From: the human T2T-CHM13v2.0 reference genome, Homo sapiens
DNA: 64,000 nucleotides
Reading direction: 5' to 3' (one strand)
NCBI RefSeq assembly: GCF_009914755.1
Contig: NC_060939.1
Shown here: positions 46,593 through 64,000 of the stretch, piece after piece
How positions within the stretch are numbered: the stretch's first letter is position 1
Layout: each line of letters opens with the position of its first letter
Translations under genes and position numbers: made by a program
Notes under the pieces: model-generated
What the model was told of the DNA's origin: nothing
Database searches by the model: none
Seen by the model: the letters and a program-made list of their open reading frames with translations, nothing else

Positions 46593-46931
46593 ATAAAGGA
46601 GGTCAGAAAAGACTGCACTGTGGGTTTAGAGAGAATAATCTGATATGGGTGGGCAGGCAAATGAGAGTGAAGAAAGGGCAATAAGTCTAGGCCCAAATTG
46701 TGAAGGGTGGTAGTTGTGGATTCTGATAAGAGTGTGGATTAAACTCCAATTAATAATTAAATGGGAACATTTAAATTGTTAAATGTATAAGTTCTGGCCA
46801 GGCGTGGTGGCTCACGCCTGTAATCCCAGCCCTTTGGGAGACCAAGGCGGGTGGATCACCTGAGGTCAGGAGTTCGAGACTAGCCTGGCCAACATGGTGA
46901 AACCCCATCTCTACTAAAATACAAAAAATTA

Positions 46932-47164
<233 letters not shown>

Positions 47165-47783
47165 TCAATAAGATTAATAAACATTAAAATTTAGAAAAAA
47201 CAAAACTCCTAAACTGGTATGGATAAACTAGTACCCCTTTCAAAGTGAGAAATAGAAAATGACATATGGGAGGCTGGGTGTGTTGGCTCCCACCTGTAAT
47301 CCCAGCACTTTGGGAGGCTGAGGTGGCTGGATCACCTGAAGCCAGGAGTTCAAGACCAGTCTGGCCAACACGGTGAAACCCTGTCTCTACTAAAAATACA
47401 AAAATGAGCTGGGTGTGGTGGTGCATGCCTGTAATCCCAATTACTCAGGAGAATGAGGCACAAGAATCAGTTGAACCTGGTAGGTGGAGGTTGCAGTGAG
47501 CCAAGATAGTGCTACTGCGCTCCAGTCTGGAATGAAATTCTGTCTCAAAAAAGAAAGTAACATATGGGAAAAAGAGAACACCTAGACCAGATTTACGTCA
47601 GAAAGATTTTGTCGTGGAGGTTAAATAGTAGGTTTGTGTGATCTCTTGACTTAATGGATAAGCTAGGTTTAACCATTATTGAGAACTGTTGATATATAGT
47701 TAGTAATAGCTTTGTGACTAAGATAAAATCAGAAAATGACCAAAATGGTAGCTTTCTAAATGTTGATGTTAGTGGTAGTCTGA

Positions 47784-48014
<231 letters not shown>

Positions 48015-48586
48015 TAGCCAGGATGGTCTCGATCTCCTGACCTCGTGATCTGCCCGCCTCGGCCTCCCAAAGTGCTGGGATTACAGGCGTGAGCCACCGC
48101 GCCCGGCCTTTTTTTTTTTTTTTGAGACGCAGTCTCACTCTATTGCCCAGGCTGGAGTTCAATGGCACCCTCACTGCAAGCTCCGCCTCCCGGTTTCAAG
48201 CAATTCTCCTGCCTCAGCCTCCTGAGTATCTGGGATTACAGGCACGTGCCACCACACCCAGCTAATTTTTGTATTTTTAGTAGAGATGGGGTATCACCAC
48301 ATTGGTCAGGCTGGTCTTGAACTCCTGACCTCGTGATCCACCCACCTCAGCCTCCCAAAGTGCTGGGATTACAGGCGTGAGCCACCGCGCCCAACCTCAG
48401 ATTCTCTTAATAAGCATAGTTCTAGTATCACAAAATGTTTATGTCACATGAAGGCATTTCACTACTCATACAATCTGAACATAAGCATGAAACATGTCTT
48501 CCTAATCTATTTATAGGTTTAAGTTCTCCTGTCCTCCTCCTTTAAAGGATTAACCTTGCTTCCAGCCAAAGTTCATTAAAAAATTC

Positions 48587-48592
48587 TTTATT
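48587..48592 (-). terminator. LRRC57: Candidate LRRC57 poly(A) signal AATAAA (others at 48661-48666, and ATTAAA at 49561-49566)
   Basis: TTTATT on the + strand about 1.5 kb downstream of the LRRC57 stop. Confidence 0.5.
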
Positions 48593-48872
48593 TAGTATAT
48601 TCTGTCACTCAGAGAGTAAGCTTGATAAACATAGGTTGTTTTAAAATATTATAGTAATGGTTTATTGATAGGTAATTTGGTTAGTAGAGTTATAAATACA
48701 AAAAGGGAAAGGTTACCAGAAATAAGACATTATTTCTAACAAATCTTCAAGAAAATCTTGATTATTAAAGTCCCTTTTATCTTACAAGTGTTGCATATAC
48801 AGTTTTGGCTCTTCAGAGCCCTCTACCAATAAGGCACCTGCAATAGTAGATAATTTGCTACCGCAGCCTTAG

Positions 48873-49199
<327 letters not shown>

Positions 49200-49235
49200 T
49201 GAGTCGCCGTGCCCAGCCAACAAAGCGTACTTTAA

Positions 49236-49562
<327 letters not shown>

Positions 49563-50132
49563 TAATCAAGACAAACAGTCACACATTTATGTACATCCTA
49601 AAGTCCTAGTATAAAAACTGCGACTGAACTGATGGACTAGAATAAAAATAATAAATCCTTAGATCCATGCCAGCCTCTCACAAATTATCTGAATTTCATA
49701 AAAATATGAAGTGTTAACACAGAGATGGAATGGCAACAGACTTTATGAAAGCTCACACAGTGAAACTAAACAAAATCTCAAGCTGTGGTGTGGAGCTATT
49801 CTGTTACCAGGCAGCACCCCCTCACCATATAAATAGCAGCTAGCTACTGGTTTCTTAAAGCCAAACTAATGATGGTTTTGAAGAGAACCTTGTCTATTGC
49901 CCTACTCATGACTCAAAACGGAAGACTTTTCCTGTCTCCTGATCCTTTTTCTTTTAGCTTATTTGAGAAGAGCCCTGAAATGAGAAAAGATCATTGAGTG
50001 AAATATAATCTCCTGAAGTATCATCTCCTTACTGTAGATACCCCTAACAACAACAGGAGGCTTTGACTCAGCCACATTCCAACAGAGGTTCTAAGTCAGT
50101 ATCCTGTAAGGTTTCCATAGTCCTGGAGAACT

Positions 50133-50174
50133 TCACGCAAACTTCTTCTTGGTGGCTGTGAACCTCTCCATGTA
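50133..50174 (-). CDS. LRRC57: LRRC57 last coding exon (YMERFTATKKKFA*)
   Basis: TTTTAG| acceptor, TGA at 50135-50133; total 84+139+269+186+42 = 720 nt = 239 aa plus stop. Confidence 0.93.
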   Translation of the reverse strand, partial: YMERFTATKKKFA

Positions 50175-50653
50175 CTAAAAAACATGAAAGAATACATAAG
50201 GGGTATTTTGGCATGAGTAAATAAATATAAGCCTAACTATTTTTTTTTTCATTTTGGTTTTTATTGCATGTGGTTTTTCATTTCCTACAAAATATAACTG
50301 CTGTAAATGCAAAATGAATTACATAGTTTTGGCCAGGTGCAGAGGCTCACACTTGCAATCTCAACACTTTGGGAGGCCAAGGTAGGTGGATCGCTTGAGC
50401 CTAGGAGTTTCAGACCAGCCTGAGCAATCTACCAAAAATAGAAAAATGAGGCATGGTAGCGCCTGTAGTCTCAGCTAATCAGGAGGTTGAGATGGGAGGA
50501 TCACTTGAGCTGAGATCCTGCCACTGCACTCCAGCCAGGTGACAGAGTGAGACCTTGCCTCCAAAAAAAATAAATAAATAAAGCACATAGGGCCGGGTGT
50601 GGTGGCTTACACCTGTAATCCCAGCACCTTGGGAGGCTGCGGCGGGCAGATCA

Positions 50654-50909
<256 letters not shown>

Positions 50910-51123
50910 CAAAAGACAAAGATGAAGACAAAGATGCTTTACAATAAGCTGTCTATAGAGAAAAAGTCATCTTGGTACAATACCATTCAGCCAATGCTTT
51001 GAATCTACTTCCAAAATGGGGAAGAACAAATCCTGTTGACATGAGCTATAAACATTTCTGTGGATTACTTCACCATTGTCTTCTCTGGGGTAGTGACTAG
51101 AAATGCAGAAGTACATTAATTCA

Positions 51124-51312
<189 letters not shown>

Positions 51313-53307
51313 CTATTGAAAAACCACAAAAGAATAACAGGAAAAAGCATAAGCACTATACTGGTTACTTTTAGTACATTAAAACAAAACAAAAATCTTT
51401 ACTTGACTATTTGTTCTAGTTTTCCCCTCTTTTACCACCTCCATTTTCTCACTGCCTACTCACTCCAGAAGCCTCTGTTATCTAGCTTCTGTTACTACGC
51501 CCCCACTTAAAAAAAATGCTTTTATGAAGGTCACCCATGGCTTTTTGGGAACAAAATTTTCTGATGATAAAAGCACTGTATGTTCATTATAGAAAATTTG
51601 AGAATCACAGGTTTAAAGAAAAAAGTTTACCTGGAATCCACCACCCAGAAATAACCACCATAAACATTTTGGTACATTTACTGCCAATGTTTTATGTGTA
51701 CATAGATACTGACCACTTTACTACCAAATTCAAGGATCCATTGTCCTCAGTCCCTACTGCATTTAACTGTACTATCTATCCCTTCCTTAAAACCCCTTAT
51801 TTTTGTCCTTTTTTGGTTTTTCTTCCTATCTTTTGGATTCTTCCTTACTTCTCTTGTTTTTATGGGCATTTTTCAAGTAGCTGTCTGTAATACTTCATAT
51901 GTCATCTTCTCTCTAAACTTCTTCTAGAAAGCTCATTCATTAAAGTCCATCACTTTTGTTATGACCTCAAGATCTGTATCTATACTCTTACCTCTATTCT
52001 GCTCCCACGTTTCCAACTTTCAGTAAGATATTTCCATTTACAAGATTCACCACAGACAACTCAGCATGTCCATTCTCAATAGCACTACTGTTCCTTTAGG
52101 CCCTCAAGCTCAATACCAAGCAATTGTCTTTGACTCACCCCTTTTGCCATTTAAATACTAAAAGTCACCAAATTATTTGATTCTGCCCAGTATCATCTCA
52201 GACCATCACTTATTAGAAATCATGGGAACTTTAATAAGTTCAATAACTAGCAATGCAAGTTCTCAGACCTCATCCCAGCCCTACTGGATCAGAAACACTG
52301 AGGGTAGGGGGCTAGTGATCTCTTTAAACAAGCTTTTCTGGTTAATTCTGATGCATACTAAACTTAGAGAACCACTGAATAAAGGTACTGGCAGAGGTGA
52401 ATGTGGAGCAAATCCTCAACTAATACTTGCTGCTTAATTGATTCAGTTTTTTTTTTCCCCCAAGAAGCTCTATAACATACAAGAATATCCACTTAAGGTA
52501 AAAAAACATGAGGCCAATTCCTCAAAGACAGACTGAATTTCATCATGATGTAAAATCACTACAATCTAGAAAAGTAATAACCACATGCAGCTTCTGGCCA
52601 CTTTAATGGACCATGCAGATCTAGAAATACAGACACTAGAAAACTAAAGGCCATCCAGTCTCACAGTGTTTAATATTTCATCACTTGTGCCTTCATGCCT
52701 AGACAAGAATCTTTGGATTGGTTTTCCAGACAAATATTAATTGAAAGCTTCCAAAGTAATGGAAACAAATTTCAAATATTATAATTAAAGCTGTACAACA
52801 GTGAAATGGGCTATCTCCAGAAAGCCTATCACTTAATATTCTTCAGCAAAAGGAGACACACTTTGTAACAAAGATGTCAAAACCCCACACAAAACGAAAA
52901 ACAAAACTGAATTACCTCTGACTCCCGACTCTGAGAACCTCAGTTTAGGCCTCATTTCCACATTATATCCCTGACATAGCTCCTGGCTAGCTGGTTAGGG
53001 GCATATATTTGAGGAGGATCTGAAGAAGTCTTCAAGATTTGTGAGACAGTAGTTTAACTTTTGAAATGATCTCTCCCTGTTACCTACCCCACCCTCCCCA
53101 AAACACCTACACAACTAACACATCCAGTGTCTCAACTAATTCCATGGCACTTTGGGCCTTGAAATTAGTTCAGCCTATAGAAGAAACCTCTCATTTAGCC
53201 TCTGATACTTAGCTCTATGATGGCAGTTTAGGAAACAAGAGGTTAACAGGTATCAGGAGACCTTAAAGCCACACATATGCTGTAGGAAAAAAAACCTTAA
53301 AGCTCTA

Positions 53308-53598
<291 letters not shown>

Positions 53599-53907
53599 TT
53601 AAAACCTGAATGTGATAGAGCTGAAAACAACTTTGATGAAGTTTATAAAGACTATATGGCAGCCTGCTTCGCCTCTTGTTAATATATGTAAAACTCCCAC
53701 ATGTGCCATTTTTAGATATTGCATTTTACCAACATAGTCTTTAGAAGGTGAGGGTGCCATCAAAATGCCGGAGAGCATTTGTGTGTATAATGGGCTCCTT
53801 TTGTAAAGGGGCCCAAGGCACAATCCGACAGCAATTTTGTGATATTTGGAAGATCCTCCCCTTCTCATCCATCCCCCATTCCAAGTTAGGTAGCTTTGTT
53901 TACATTA

Positions 53908-54712
<805 letters not shown>

Positions 54713-54799
54713 CTACGGAAGATCAGGGAGCCCCGGACTCGCCTCCCACCGCTCAGCTGCCGTAAGGCTCCGCAGGTGAAGACCCAGGACCCGCAGTAG

Positions 54800-55075
<276 letters not shown>

Positions 55076-55335
55076 TGAGTTGGTGCTGCTGGCTGTGGGA
55101 GTGGTGAGGGTCCTGGTTGGGGTCTGTACTAGAGTAATAAGAGCCCCTTCCAGGCAACAGCCGCGAACGTTCTGCCGTGGATGCTTGGAAAGCGGGGATC
55201 TGAGTAGATGGTGTTTAGGGTAGACTGTGTTTTGAGTGTCTGTAGGGTAAATTTGTCCCAGTCCAGTTTGTGGGAGATTAGACTGTTACCAGCCTTTTTT
55301 TCATCCAGTGATACTGCCTCTAGACTGTAGTGTAA

Positions 55336-64000
<8,665 letters not shown>

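Overview
Human (primate) genomic DNA, recognisable as the SNAP23-LRRC57-HAUS2 locus (chr15q15 from prior knowledge). It holds the complete SNAP23 gene (+ strand; non-coding exon 1 in a CpG island at ~1.7 kb, then 7 coding exons that splice to a 636-nt, 211-aa ORF), the complete LRRC57 gene (- strand; 5 coding exons, 720 nt, 239 aa) and coding exon 1 of HAUS2 (+ strand). LRRC57 and HAUS2 share a short bidirectional CpG-island promoter with a perfect CRE palindrome. The rest is very Alu-dense intronic or intergenic DNA with older MaLR, Tigger, hAT, L1, L2 and MIR remnants, ending in an almost pure-AT minisatellite. Nearly all ORFs in the supplied track are Alu or low-complexity artefacts. The top observation is a 33-nt, frame-preserving microexon in SNAP23 intron 5 (27484-27516) that the ORF track misses. 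It has a non-canonical GC donor, lies in an Alu-free island, is followed by RBFOX, QKI and MBNL-type motifs, and would add FSDVGCFYETR (one extra Cys) beside the palmitoylated Cys cluster. I recall a muscle-regulated Snap23 microexon being described already, so it may not be new. Second is an apparent templated copy of a SNAP23 intron-4 unique/Alu junction inside an Alu about 19 kb upstream. Repeat subfamily calls are by eye and their boundaries are approximate.
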